NCBI RefSeq assembly: GCF_009914755.1
Contig: NC_060934.1
From: the human T2T-CHM13v2.0 reference genome, Homo sapiens
Direction: 5' to 3' (one strand)
Length of the DNA: 64,000 nucleotides
Position numbers and translations under genes: made by a program. A model generated the notes under the pieces. The model was not told where the DNA came from. It worked only from the letters and a program-made list of their open reading frames with translations, and did not search any database. Shown in pieces: positions 1-14,850 of this stretch; within the stretch, counting starts at the first letter, position 1; each line of letters starts with the position of its first letter.

Positions 1-1584
1 CATACTTTAATTAAAAAACCTTTTTTGCTAAAAAATGCTAGTGATCGCCTGAGCTTTCAGTGAGTCTTAATCTTTTTGCTGGTGGAGGGTCTTACCTCAG
101 TGTTGATGGCTACTGATTGATCAGAATGATGGTTGCTGAAGGTTAGGATGGCTGTGGCAATTTCTTACGAAAGTCAACAATGAAGTTTGCCCCATCAATG
201 GACTCTTCCTTCCATGAAAGATTTCTCTGTAGCATGTGATGCTGTCTAATAGCATTTTATTCAGAGTAGAACTTCTTTTACAATTGTCATCAATCCTCTG
301 AAACTCTGCCACTGCTTTATCAACTAAGTTTATATAGTATTATACATTTTTGGTTTTCATTTCAACAATCTTTGTAGCATCTTCATCAGAAGACAAAGAA
401 CCCATGTTCTTTGCTTATCCATTAGAAGCAATGTCTCATCCACTCAAGTTTTATCCTGAGATTGCAGAAATTCATTTATATCTTTAGGCTTAACTTCTAA
501 TTACAGTTCTCTTGCTGTTTTCACCACCACTGCAGCTACTCTCTTTACTGAAGTCTTGAACCCCCTCAAAGTCATCCATGAGAGTTGAAATCAACTTCTT
601 CCAAACTCCCATTATAATTGCTATTTTGACCTCCTCCTATGAATCATGAATGATACATAGAATAATACATCCTTTCCAGAGGTTTTCAATTTACTTTGCC
701 GCAATCCATCAGAGGAATAACTGTGTCAGCTATAGCCTTACAAAATGTATTTCTTAAATAATAATAATAATAATAATACTTGAAAGTCATAATTACTCCC
801 CTATCCATGGGGTACAGAAGGAATATTGTGTTAGCAGGCGTAAAAACATTAATCTTTTTGTACATCTTCATCAGACCTCTTTTGTGACCAGGTGCATTGT
901 CAATGAGCAGTAATATTTTGTTTTTTATTTTAATATTAAAAAAAGGAATCTTTTTTTTCTGAGCAGTAAGTCTCAACAGTGGGCTTAAAATATTCAGCAA
1001 ATCATACTGCAAACACATGTGCTGTCATCCAGACTTTGTTACATTTATAGAGAACAGGCAGAGTAGATTTAGCATAATTCTTGAGGATTCTGGGATTTTG
1101 GGAATGGTAAATGATCATTGGCTTCGACTTGTAGTCACCAGCTGCATTATCCCCTGTCAAGAGCATCAGTCTGTCTTTGAAAGCTTTGAAGGCAGACACT
1201 GACTTCTCCTTTCTAGCTAGGAAAGTTCTAGATGACACCTTTTTTTCCAACAGAAGGCTGTTTTGTCTACGTTGAAAATTTGTTGTTCAGTGTAGTCACC
1301 TTCATCAATTTTCATAGCTAGATCTTCTGGATAACTTGCTACAGCTTCTACATCAGCACTTGCTGCTTCACCTTGCATTTTAAAATTATGGAGATGGCAT
1401 CTTTTCTTAAACTTTATGAACCTGTCAGTCTTAGCCTCCAACTTTTCTTCTTTAGCTTCCTTACCTCTCTCAGCCTTTAGAAAATTGAAGAGAGTTAGGG
1501 CTTTGCTCTGGATTAGGCTTTGTTGTGGCTTCTTACATTTTCTATTCAGATCACTAAAACTTTCTTCATATCAGCAATAAGGCT

Positions 1585-4000
1585 TGTGTTTGTTCCCACA
1601 CAGCTTTAAAGAAATACCTGAGACTGGGTAATTTATAAAGAAAAGAGGTTTAATTGGCTCATGATTCCACAGGTTTTACAGAAGGTATGGTGGCATCTCC
1701 TTCTGGGGAGGCCTCAGGGAGCTTTTACTCATGGTGAAGGCCAAGTGGTAGCAGCCATCTTACATGACAGAAGCAGGATGAAGAGAGTGAAAGAGGCAGA
1801 GGTGCTACACACTTTTAAACAACCACATCTCGCAAGAATTCACTCACTATTGTGACGACAGTACCAAGGGGGACGCTGTTAAATCATCCATGAAGAATCC
1901 ACCCAATGGTCCAGTTGCCTCCCACCAGGCCCCACCTCCAACATTGGAGATTACAATTCAACATGAGGTTTTGTGAGGACACAGATTTAAACCATATCTT
2001 TCTCCCCTGACCCCACAGATCTCATATCCTTCTCACATTGCAAAATACAATCATGCCTTCCCAACAGTCCCCCAAGTCTTAACTCATTCAGCATTAACTA
2101 AGGTGTCCAAAGTCTCAGGTCTCATTTGAGACAAGGCAAGTCCCTTCTGCCCATGAGCCTGTAAAATCAAAAACAAGTTAGTTACTTCCAAGATACAATG
2201 AAGGTATAGGCATTAGGTAAAATACTCCAGTTCCAAAAGGTAGAAAACAGCAAAAAAGGGGGTTACAGGCACTATGCAAGTCAGAAACCCAGCAGGACAG
2301 TCATTAAATCTTAAAGCTCCAAACAAAATAATCTCCTTTGACTTCATGTCCCACATCCAGGGCACACTGGCATGAGAGGTGAGCTCCCAAGGTCTTGGGG
2401 AGCTCTACTCCTGTGGCCTTGTGGGGTTTAGCCCCTGTGGCTACTGTCATGGGCTGGCATTGAGTGCCTGTGGCTTTTCCAGTGCAGGGTGCAAGTTGCC
2501 AGTGGTTTACCCTTCCAAGGTTTGGAGGACAGTGGCCTTCTACTCACAGCTCCACTAGGCAGTGCCCCAGTTGGGACTCTGTGTGGGAGCCCCAACCCCA
2601 CATTTCTCCTCCACACTACCCTATTAGAGGTTCTCAGTGAGGGCTCTGCCCCTGTAGCAGGCTTCTGCTTGGACATCTAGGCTTTTTCATATATCCTCTA
2701 AAATCTAGGCAGAGGCTCCCAAGCCTCAGTCTTTCTTTCTGTGTCCCTGTGATCTTAACACAGTGTAGAAACCACCAATGCTTCTAGCCTGCACCTTCTG
2801 AAGCAGAGTCCTGAGTGGTACCTTTGCTCTTTTGAGTCAGGGCTGCAGCTGGGGCAACAGGGATACTGGGAGCAGTGTTCTAAGGCTGTGCGGGGTTGCA
2901 GGGCCCTTGGCCTGGCCCAGGAAACCATTCAGCCCCCCTAGGCCTCCCTGCCTATGATGGGAGATTATGCAAATTCCTGCAGCCTGCTTGAATTCCTCCT
3001 TTGAAAATGGGCTTTTCTTTTCTAACACAGAAGCAGGCTGCAAATTTTTCCAAACTTTTATGTTGTGCTTCCCTTTTAAATAAGAGTACCAGTTTCAGAT
3101 AACATCTTTGCTCATGCATATGAGCATATGTTATTAGAAGCAGTCAGGCTATATACTTGAATGTTTTGCTGCTTAGAAACTTTTTTTACCAGATACTCTA
3201 AATCATCTCTCACAAGTTTAAAGTTCCACAGATCCCTAGAGCAGGAGAACAACCAGGCAAGCTTTTTGCTAAAGCATAACAAAAGTGACTGCTGGAGTTC
3301 CCAAAAAGTTCCTCATCTCCGTCTGAGACCTCCTCAGCCCGGACTTCACTGTCTATGTCACTACCAGCGTTTTAGTTACAACCACTCAATAAGTCTCTAG
3401 GAAGTTCCAAACTTCCCTTCATCTTCCCCCTCATCTTCCTGTCTTCTTCTGAGCCCCCCATACTCTTTGAACCTCTTCCTATTACCCAGTTCCAATGTTG
3501 CTTCCACATTTTCAGGTATCTTTGTATTAATACCCCACTCCTGGTAGCAGTTTTCTGTATTAGTCTGTTCTTGCACTGTTATAATAAAAAAATACATGAA
3601 ACTGAGTAATTATTAAAGAAAAGAGGCTTAATTGTCTTGTGGTTGACAGGCTGTGTAGGAAGCTTGGCAGCATCTGCCTCTGGGGAGGCCTCAGGAAGCT
3701 TGTACTCATGGCGGAAGGCAAAGTGGGAGCAGGTGTCTTACATGGGAGGAGCAGGACAAGGGGAGAGAGAGAGAGAGAGAGAGGGAGGGAGTGGGGGAGA
3801 GATGCTACACACTTTTAAACAACCAGATCTCTCAAAAACTCACTCATTGTTGTCATGACAGTACCAAGAGGGATGGTGTTAAACCATTCATGAAGGATCC
3901 ACCTGAATGATCCAATCACCTCCCACCAGGCCTTACCTCCAACATTGGAGATTACAATTCAAAATGAGATTTTGTGGGAACACAGATCCAAATCATATCA
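1585..4000 (-). mobile_element. Complete ERVL-MaLR MSTB-type element: LTR 1585-1999, internal region 2000-3555, LTR 3556-4000
   Basis: Two homologous LTRs (tgtattagtc...aatcatatca). 5-bp target-site duplication AGGCT at 1580-1584 and 4001-4005. Polypurine tract on the minus strand at about 2000-2014. Tigger1 resumes exactly after the TSD. Confidence 0.9.
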
Positions 4001-4309
4001 AGGCTATTTCTCTTTCTTATCATTTGTGTGTTCACTGGAGTGGCACTTTTCATTTCCTTCAAGAACTTTTCATTTGCATTCATAACTTGGCCAACTGTTT
4101 GGTTTAAGAGGCTTAGCTTTTGGCCTGTTTTGGCTTTCAACATGCCTTGTTTACTAAGCTTAATCATTTCTAGCTTTTCATTTAATGTGAGAGGTGTGTG
4201 AATCTTCCTTCTGCTTGAACATTTAGAAGCCATTGTAGGGTTATTAATTGTCCTAATTTTAGTATTGTTCTTTCTTAGGGAATAAGGAGGCCCAAGGCGG
4301 CGGGTGGGG

Positions 4310-4422
4310 ATGGGGAGAGAGAGAGAGAGAGAGAAAGAAGGAGAAGAGAGGAAAGATAGAGGAGAAGAGGAGAGAGAGAGAGAAAGAAGAGGAAGAGGAG
4401 TGTATGTGTGTGTGTGTGTGTG

Positions 4423-4466
<44 letters not shown>
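4310..4466. repeat. Compound microsatellite (GA-rich, then (TG)n, then (TA)n) inside Tigger1
   Basis: Directly visible. Confidence 0.95.
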
Positions 4467-4467
<1 letters not shown>

Positions 4468-4510
4468 TGGTCAGTGGAGCAATCAGAACACATACATCAT
4501 TTGTCAGTTA

Positions 4511-4822
<312 letters not shown>

Positions 4823-5854
4823 TTGCTGTCTTATGTGGTTTGGTTTGTGATGCTCCGAAACAATTTACAATAGTAACATCTTCTGATCACAGATCACCAT
4901 AACAAATATAATAATAATGGAAAAGTTTGAAATATTGCAGGAATTACCAAAACATGACACAGAAACACAAAGTGAGCACATTGCTTTTGGAAAAATGGCA
5001 CTGACAGACTTGCTTGATGCACGATTTCCACAAACCTTAAATTTGTTTAAAAAAAAAAGCCCCCAAACAAAAAATACAGTATCTATAAAGCATAATAAAG
5101 CAAAGCACAATAAAATGAGGTATGCTTGTAATATTTAACACTGTTACTGTGTAGGGAGATTAAACATGATTGTAGCTAATAAAACATGATTTTGTAAACA
5201 CCTGTAACTCTAATTTCCATGAATCTCTAAAAATAGAACTTTGTGAAACAATCACTAGCCCTTGAGGCAATACCTAGTGCATAGTAGGTGTTCAAAACTT
5301 TTTGTGAGTGAGTGAATGAATAATGAATGGAAGCGTTTGTGATTATGTGAGCTTTAACATGTCCTTTCACTGCCAATGCAATTTCTTGTGATTCTAATCT
5401 GTAAAAAAAGTATTCCTCTCTTACTATTCCCTGTTGCCTTACTTGGGTATACTTAGCTTTATGCTCAGAGAACACACTTGCTTAAAACTAGAGTAATAAT
5501 CACAGGTACAATGTCCCCAATACATTTCTGTGGAAATTTTTGTAATCTGGGTTGCATTGGTAGTAACCAAGTTTCATCTAGGGTAGCTACAGCACCTCAG
5601 ATACTCTCCTTCACCAGTGCCATCTGCTCAAGCCTGTTTCTATGGTTTGCTGTTGATGCAGCTGTTGGAGCTACTCTCTTGGTCACTTGCTTACCCGGCT
5701 TCTGAGATTCCTCTAAAAATCAATCACATGGCTAATTGGCTGCTGCTGTTGATCAGGGCCAGTTGGCCTAGCATCATAAATGCATTGCTGGTTGGCATTG
5801 ATAGTCTTGGAAGTGGTTTTCTTTCTGATATAAGTCTCTTTCACTCTAGTATAG

Positions 5855-6030
5855 GATAGTAGTTAGGAGCATGGTGTCTTGATGCAGAACTATGAATGTT
5901 GTCCTGGGTCAGCCAGTTACTAGTTGTAATTTGAAATTATGGGCAAGTTATTGTACCTCACTGTAAACATCTCAGATTTCTAATCTGTTAAATGGAAAGA
6001 CAAGTAGTAGCCACCTCTTAAGGGATTTGT
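5855..6030 (+). mobile_element. MIR fragment
   Basis: MIR-core-like sequence gggcaagttattgtacctc...tttctaatctgttaaatgg. Confidence 0.6.
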
Positions 6031-9000
6031 ATTGATCTCTGCCCTAGGTAGTGTAACATACACTTCCATCTGTGGGAAAAGTCTGTGACTGTTGTCACTA
6101 ACCTGCACAGGGATCTGGGCAAAAATGAGGAAGACTTTAACACAAAGCTGGGACTGTGTTTAAGATCTGCCACCCTGCCTCTGATTATCTTCACCTAGTG
6201 GAGGGTGAGCACCCCCTCTCTGTGACTTGCCGACTTGGCAAGGATTTTAGGTCACTGTTTCTACCCAGATGCCAGTATCCAATTAAACTCTTGAGAGTCT
6301 GTGATCATTATGATAAAAATGTTCATTCTGGAAAAGTTTGAAAATGCTTTCTGGTTAGAATGAGATTTTTGGCATGTTTTAATTGTGGTCTTTGGCTATA
6401 AATTCCTGAAATGCTGACATGGTTGAATTTATTTTTGCTTTAAACAAAATCGTTAACATTTCCAAGTGTCCATATGGGCTCGATAAATACTTTGCCTCTG
6501 CTTACTGCGTATGTGAACCGAGTGAAGAGGAGCCATCATGATGTGGGGAATCTTGAACATTTTTCTTCATTTAGCTTGATGGGGAAGTGAATTGAAAATA
6601 CTTCTTTGTCAACATAATTTTGGGGTTTTGAAATTGTGTTTGGGTTTTCAGGAAATTGGTGGTAATCTTGTATTAGCTGAAAAAAAGTGAATTTTAAAAT
6701 TCTCAGTGAAGAAGCAAATGATTTATTTTTCATAGAAGAAGCTGCTTTTTTCAAGGGAATTTGCTGCCAAGCTGTCTGCAGTGGCTTCAGACATTACTTG
6801 ACCTTTTGGCATATCAAGAAATTGTGGTTTTTTGGTCTAAATATTAAATACCTATTTTAGGAAGGCTGGGTACTCTATGGTATATAGTGCAAGAGCAGCA
6901 GAAAGAGTCAGCCTTGTGCATTTCCACATCTGCAAGCAAATTTGGTTTCTGTACTGTCCATCAAGCAGATCTTACAGAATGAATTTTCATCCCCTCACTA
7001 GTTGCCATGCAAATTCTATTAATAGTTCTCCAAGAAATAAATCACAGTGACCCTTCTGACAAAGGTAGACAGTGAAAAATAGTACAAGGATATAGTACAT
7101 CCACCCTTAACCAGAAGCAAATTGTGTTTTCCCTTTTTATACTACAAAAAGAGAAAACAATTTACAAAAACAGTTTCTTCCACACATGTGTTATCTATGA
7201 TGTGATAGACTGTTCTTTTCATAGCCCTTTTCTGTTTTGGTGACTGCAACAGGGTATTATTTGGAACATGTAGTCTTCTGTTTGGACACCATACTCGGGC
7301 TGTTTTTCTTCTCGCAGCCTGTGCTGCTGGAAATATTCCCCCGTCTCATAGCCATCATAAGTAAAGGACACCTTCCACTGCGACATGCTGCATGCTGTTA
7401 AAGCCCTTCGATGCCAGCCAAATGTTACACCGTGCCTTCCAGGATATCTTTAATTAAACCCTTATATATGCATTTATAATCATCTGATGAGGGGATTAAT
7501 ATTACTTGTGCTTAACAAATGTGTTAATTGAGAAAGGAAAAAGAATACAAAATAAACATTTTTAAGTGCCTTCCCTATCGTAGTCACTGGGCTAAGTTCA
7601 CAGCCACCTTGCCAGGCAGAAGTTACCATCCCCATTTATGATTGGGAACTGAAACTTGAGGCACTTTTGGGAAACTCTTCAACTGATTATTCGATCGTGT
7701 GAAACTGAAGCCCATGTGCAACATCAGCTGCCTCCCTGAGTTTCACAGTGAAATGTGAAATATTTAAGATCCTCAGTGAATATTGTTGAATGTGAAAGAT
7801 ATTTACTAAATTGTAATCAGTTTCTCAAACTATGTTCTTTATACTACAAGGTAACTGGATTAAAATGGACTTTCCATAGGTACCTCATTCTTAGCTCGAC
7901 CCCAAATAAACTTGGGATCTCCTCCTAAAATTGTCCCCACTTCAGTGTTCCCATCTCACTTGCTCCAGCCAGAATTGCAGGAGTTTCCCTTGAGCCCCAT
8001 TTCCCTTTCTCTTTCCATGTTTTATCAGGCACAAAAGTATCACGATTACCTACGAAGCATCACTGCCAATTGCAGGGGTGCCTGAGAGAGCAGCAGGACA
8101 GAGCCCAGTGCAGCCCCACAATTCAGACCTGACACCTGTGGAAGGAGATGTGTGTATTGGGGCAGGGGATGAAATGGAGCAAGATGGGGACAGGAGAGCT
8201 TCAGACTGTGATGCAGATCAGTTCTATGTGGTCAATAAGTAAATCTGCATATTACCATTATATTACAATACACTAGCCACTGGAGATGCAGTGGGATATA
8301 CCACCTTATGTAATGATAATAAGGGACACCCAACAAATAGCTGATGACTCACTAAAATGAGCAGTACAAATTTTATTTTGTTTATCAAATGTTTCTTCTC
8401 TCAGAAAAAACAACATAATATGTAGAATTTTGTGATTAAATTTGATGCTTGTTTTAATTACTACCACATTTAATATAGTGTGCTGTTTTTCCTTGCACTT
8501 AGTCTTTTTGTGAAAAATCAAGTACCAAATATCTAAGGTGAGTCATCAGAGGTAAAAAGATTGGTCCTTCTGGAGTACTTGTGACCGACTCATTTCATGA
8601 GATTTAAGAAACACTGTAATGCCGTCTTTCCATTGGGTATCTCCATGATTTATTGATATGTTTTTAGAAAATGAAAACAAGTAAACAAATTTTAAAGTTA
8701 TCCCCACTCTTATTGAAGAAAGTCTGTGTATAAAAATACATATGTATTTAAAAGTAGTTAAAGTCATTGTATGTTATCAAATTCTTGTATTACCAGAAGA
8801 CTTACTAAAGAACAGTAGTCTTTGTGATTACCTAATACTGGATGGAGAGGTGAGCTGAGTAGTGCTAGGGGAATCTAAATCTAAATTATTTGTCGTATTC
8901 AGCCAGGATGAGAAACGTTGATTTGATTGAACAAATAAAGAAAATAGAACTAATTTTATTTTATTTTATTTTATTTTTTTGTCTGGGGCATAGAAATTTT

Positions 9001-9138
9001 ATTTTCACAAAAGTATGCTTTATTACACTAGAATATTTAAAAATGAAATACTATATATGTCAACATTTGAAAAAAAATTTTTTTTGAGACAGTCATTTAA
9101 TATCATCTTTATTTTGTACTTTCTGTGATTTTTTAAAA

Positions 9139-11544
<2,406 letters not shown>

Positions 11545-12029
11545 GAGCTGATTTTATAAAACTTTAGTTTAATTTTTTTTTTTACTTTCCTTCCAGATGT
11601 AATTTCTCTCCAACAATTCTTGCATGGAAGTATAATATTTTTCTCCTCATTTGTTCTTGAGCTATTATAGATAAATTTTAACTGAACACTTTTGTTGTTA
11701 GAACCGATCTAACTTGGGTTTACTGTTTTGTGAAATTAAAAATCAAAATCTATATATAGATATATGTACACATATCCCTTCCTCTAGAAAATTGGTAGTT
11801 TTTCCCTCTGTTAGGAAATAAAAAATATTTTAATAATATCACTTATCAGTTTGGGAAATTAGTATATAAATCTTAGCTGAATGGCTTATATCTCCACTGG
11901 TCAAAGAAGGTTGCCCCTTTGAATTTGACAGTTGGAACAAGTCTTTATTTACTCTATAGAGAAGTCATCTAATCTGTTTAGCTTTTTGGTAATAGACTTT
12001 AGCTTATAGAATATATACATGACCTTGTG

Positions 12030-12233
12030 GGTCAGATTGTCTGTATTTGAGTCCTTGCTTGATGATGTCTAGCTGGGTTTACTTAATCTTTTTGATCAGT
12101 TTCCTTATATGTAAAACAAGAATAATGGTTCCTACTTCATAGGATGGCTGTGGGATTTAAATGCAGGAACCTGCAGGAAGTGCCTGGAGTAGTCCTGGCA
12201 CTAGGCTCCCAGGGAATGGTAGCTATTACTATG
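12030..12233 (+). mobile_element. MIR
   Basis: cagtttccttatatgtaaaacaagaataatggttcctacttcataggatggctgtg, with MIR 3' end ggtagctattact. Confidence 0.7.
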
Positions 12234-12734
12234 ACCAGTGCATGGAAATAACGTGTGTTTTTATTTCCCAAATTCAAAGTTAATTTTTGAAATGAAGGTT
12301 TATTTCCCTGTTGAATTCTAAAAGATTTGCACATGTATAAAGAAAAGACGATTATAATTTAGAAATTATATTTTGGAAACTTATCAGAGTCTTAAGGTTT
12401 TGTGCTGTTCCCTGAAACTCCTTTGACATTTAAAAGTTGTCAAGACACCATCAGGTATTTCAAAATGAGATCAGCTCTGATTCATTTGGATAAATCAAAT
12501 GATTTATAAAGTTTATTTGATTGTGTTGGGGCTTTTGTTTCCATATTTCCCTGGATCTTATTTGATGGGTGTATATATGTGTGTGTGTTTAGTCAAGAGT
12601 CATTATGGAGTGGCTTGGATTTGGGTGAAAAGAAAAAAAACCTCTTTGGAAATTAATAATTTCTACATCACTGTTTAAATCTTTTAACTCTTATTCCCAA
12701 GTTTTAACAGCTCCTTAGGACAGAGTTTAAAACA

Positions 12735-13320
12735 AAGTGTCATGGGAGTCCACATGAGGAGTGACTAACTCATTCTGGAAGACCTCCTAGAAGAAGTGAC
12801 ATTTGAGTTGGCCTTGAAGGATGAATTGTTCGCCAGATGGAGAAAGGGATGGGTGTGGGGTGGCTTTGGCCGACCAAAGGCGTGACACGTGAATGGTGTG
12901 GCTTTGGCAGACCAAAGGGGTGACACGTGAAAAGGCAGAGCTCTGAAAGCCCACATATTTCATTAACCGTGGGAAATTAGGTGCCTGGACTGTGAGAGAT
13001 TACAATGTGAACGCTGTCCCTGGAACCGTGAAAGAGTGGTTTCAAATGGTGAGGAGCATGGTCAAGAGACTGGAAATGGATTTGGGACCAAATTGAGACG
13101 GGCCTGTGTCCTAAGGAATTTGTTCTTTACATAGAAGGCAGTGCTCACATTTGTATTTTAGATTTCTGGGTGGAGAATCACCTGAAGAGGGCAGACGAGT
13201 TGTTGGAAGGTGTTGACCGTAATACAGATGAGAGATGAACTGTTGTAACGGAAATGGCAACCCAAGGAGATTAGGAGCAAGATATTTAGGCAATAGAATT
13301 GATTTGCAGAAGGAGAAGGG
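12735..13320 (-). mobile_element. L2 fragment(s)
   Basis: L2-like motifs ggaagacctcctagaagaagtgacatttgagttggccttgaaggatgaa. Confidence 0.6.
12856..12931. repeat. 2 x 38-bp tandem duplication
   Basis: tggggtggctttggccgaccaaaggcgtgacacgtgaa / tggtgtggctttggcagaccaaaggggtgacacgtgaa; 3 mismatches. Confidence 0.95.
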
Positions 13321-14445
13321 ATTTGAATTAATTTTTATGGATTATATATGATCAATGTGAGCTTTAACCTTGTAACAGCCCCATGAAAGAAGTTAGTATT
13401 TTGTGACTGATTTTTTCGGGGGAAGAAATATTAATACATTTCTCAAATAAGGATACTGTAGTCAAAGAAGTTTGGGAAACAGTAGATTAAACAGAGTGAG
13501 ATCATTTTTGCTCTATTTATATTATTTCTCATAACCTTTAATTTGGCAATATGTTTGGCGAATTCCCAAGAGAGCAATATAGAATGACAGAAATACATCT
13601 CAAAAACTATTTGTTAGTTGAAGCTTACTTTTTTATTTTAAAAAATTTCTTATAAGACTCATGTTGAGAGAGGTCTTATATCTTTGCATTACAAACGGGA
13701 AACTGAGAATAAGATTGAGTATCTTGTCCAAGGATTGTGTACCTAGTAAGAATCCCTTTATATTTAAACCCATGCCTTTTATTTTTCATGATATTGTAGT
13801 TCTGTTGAAATTGTTGGATTTAGGGTTTGAGCCTAGGAGACGAGACGAGTCAAGACTGACTTAGAGGCTTTAGTTTGAGTGACCATGGCTGCTGGCACTT
13901 TGAACCAGCAATAGGAAACTTGAATACCGAAGCAGTTTTGGTTTTGTTTTGTACATGTAGGAATGGAATGGATAATCATTTAAGCCTTGGACTTGTTGGA
14001 TTTAAGATACTTGGTGGAGATGCCTCGTAGGCAGTTGGAATATCAAAAAATGAAAGGTATACTTTTGGACTTGACACAACTATAACTTTTTCTGTTATAA
14101 AATTGGCCATTAAAGTTTGGATGTTCAATTTTATTATGACTTCATTTATAAGTTGATGTCTGAAACTGCCAAAGTAGGCAGTTTGAAAACTTTTGTTTTT
14201 TTCCTAAGTGCAAGTATTACTTCACACCCAAGTGTCATGTTTCATTTTACTTGTGTATGTTTTGTCAGAAAGCTGTCTGAAGAAGTCTTTAAAGGGAAAA
14301 TATTTCTACTCATTTTCTTTTCAGAGAAGTATACTGTCTAGCTCTTACGGCGTATTTTAAGGATTTCTTGACATTAACAACTGTCCATGTGAATGAATTA
14401 TTATATCTCAGTGGTATTCTCAAGAGTTAGTCACTTCTGCCATGA

Positions 14446-14850
<405 letters not shown>

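Noticed and set aside
121-4233. Transposase ORFs as a domesticated TIGD-like gene
   Set aside because: Fragmented across frames and split by an LTR element; a dead Tigger1.
8345-8545. Two AP-1 heptamers (TGACTCA, TGAGTCA) 200 bp apart
   Set aside because: The 7-mer occurs many times in the window and there is no other support.
12856-12931. Palindrome-containing 38-bp repeat as CRISPR-like
   Set aside because: Only two adjacent units, no spacers, no cas genes, and a mammalian context.
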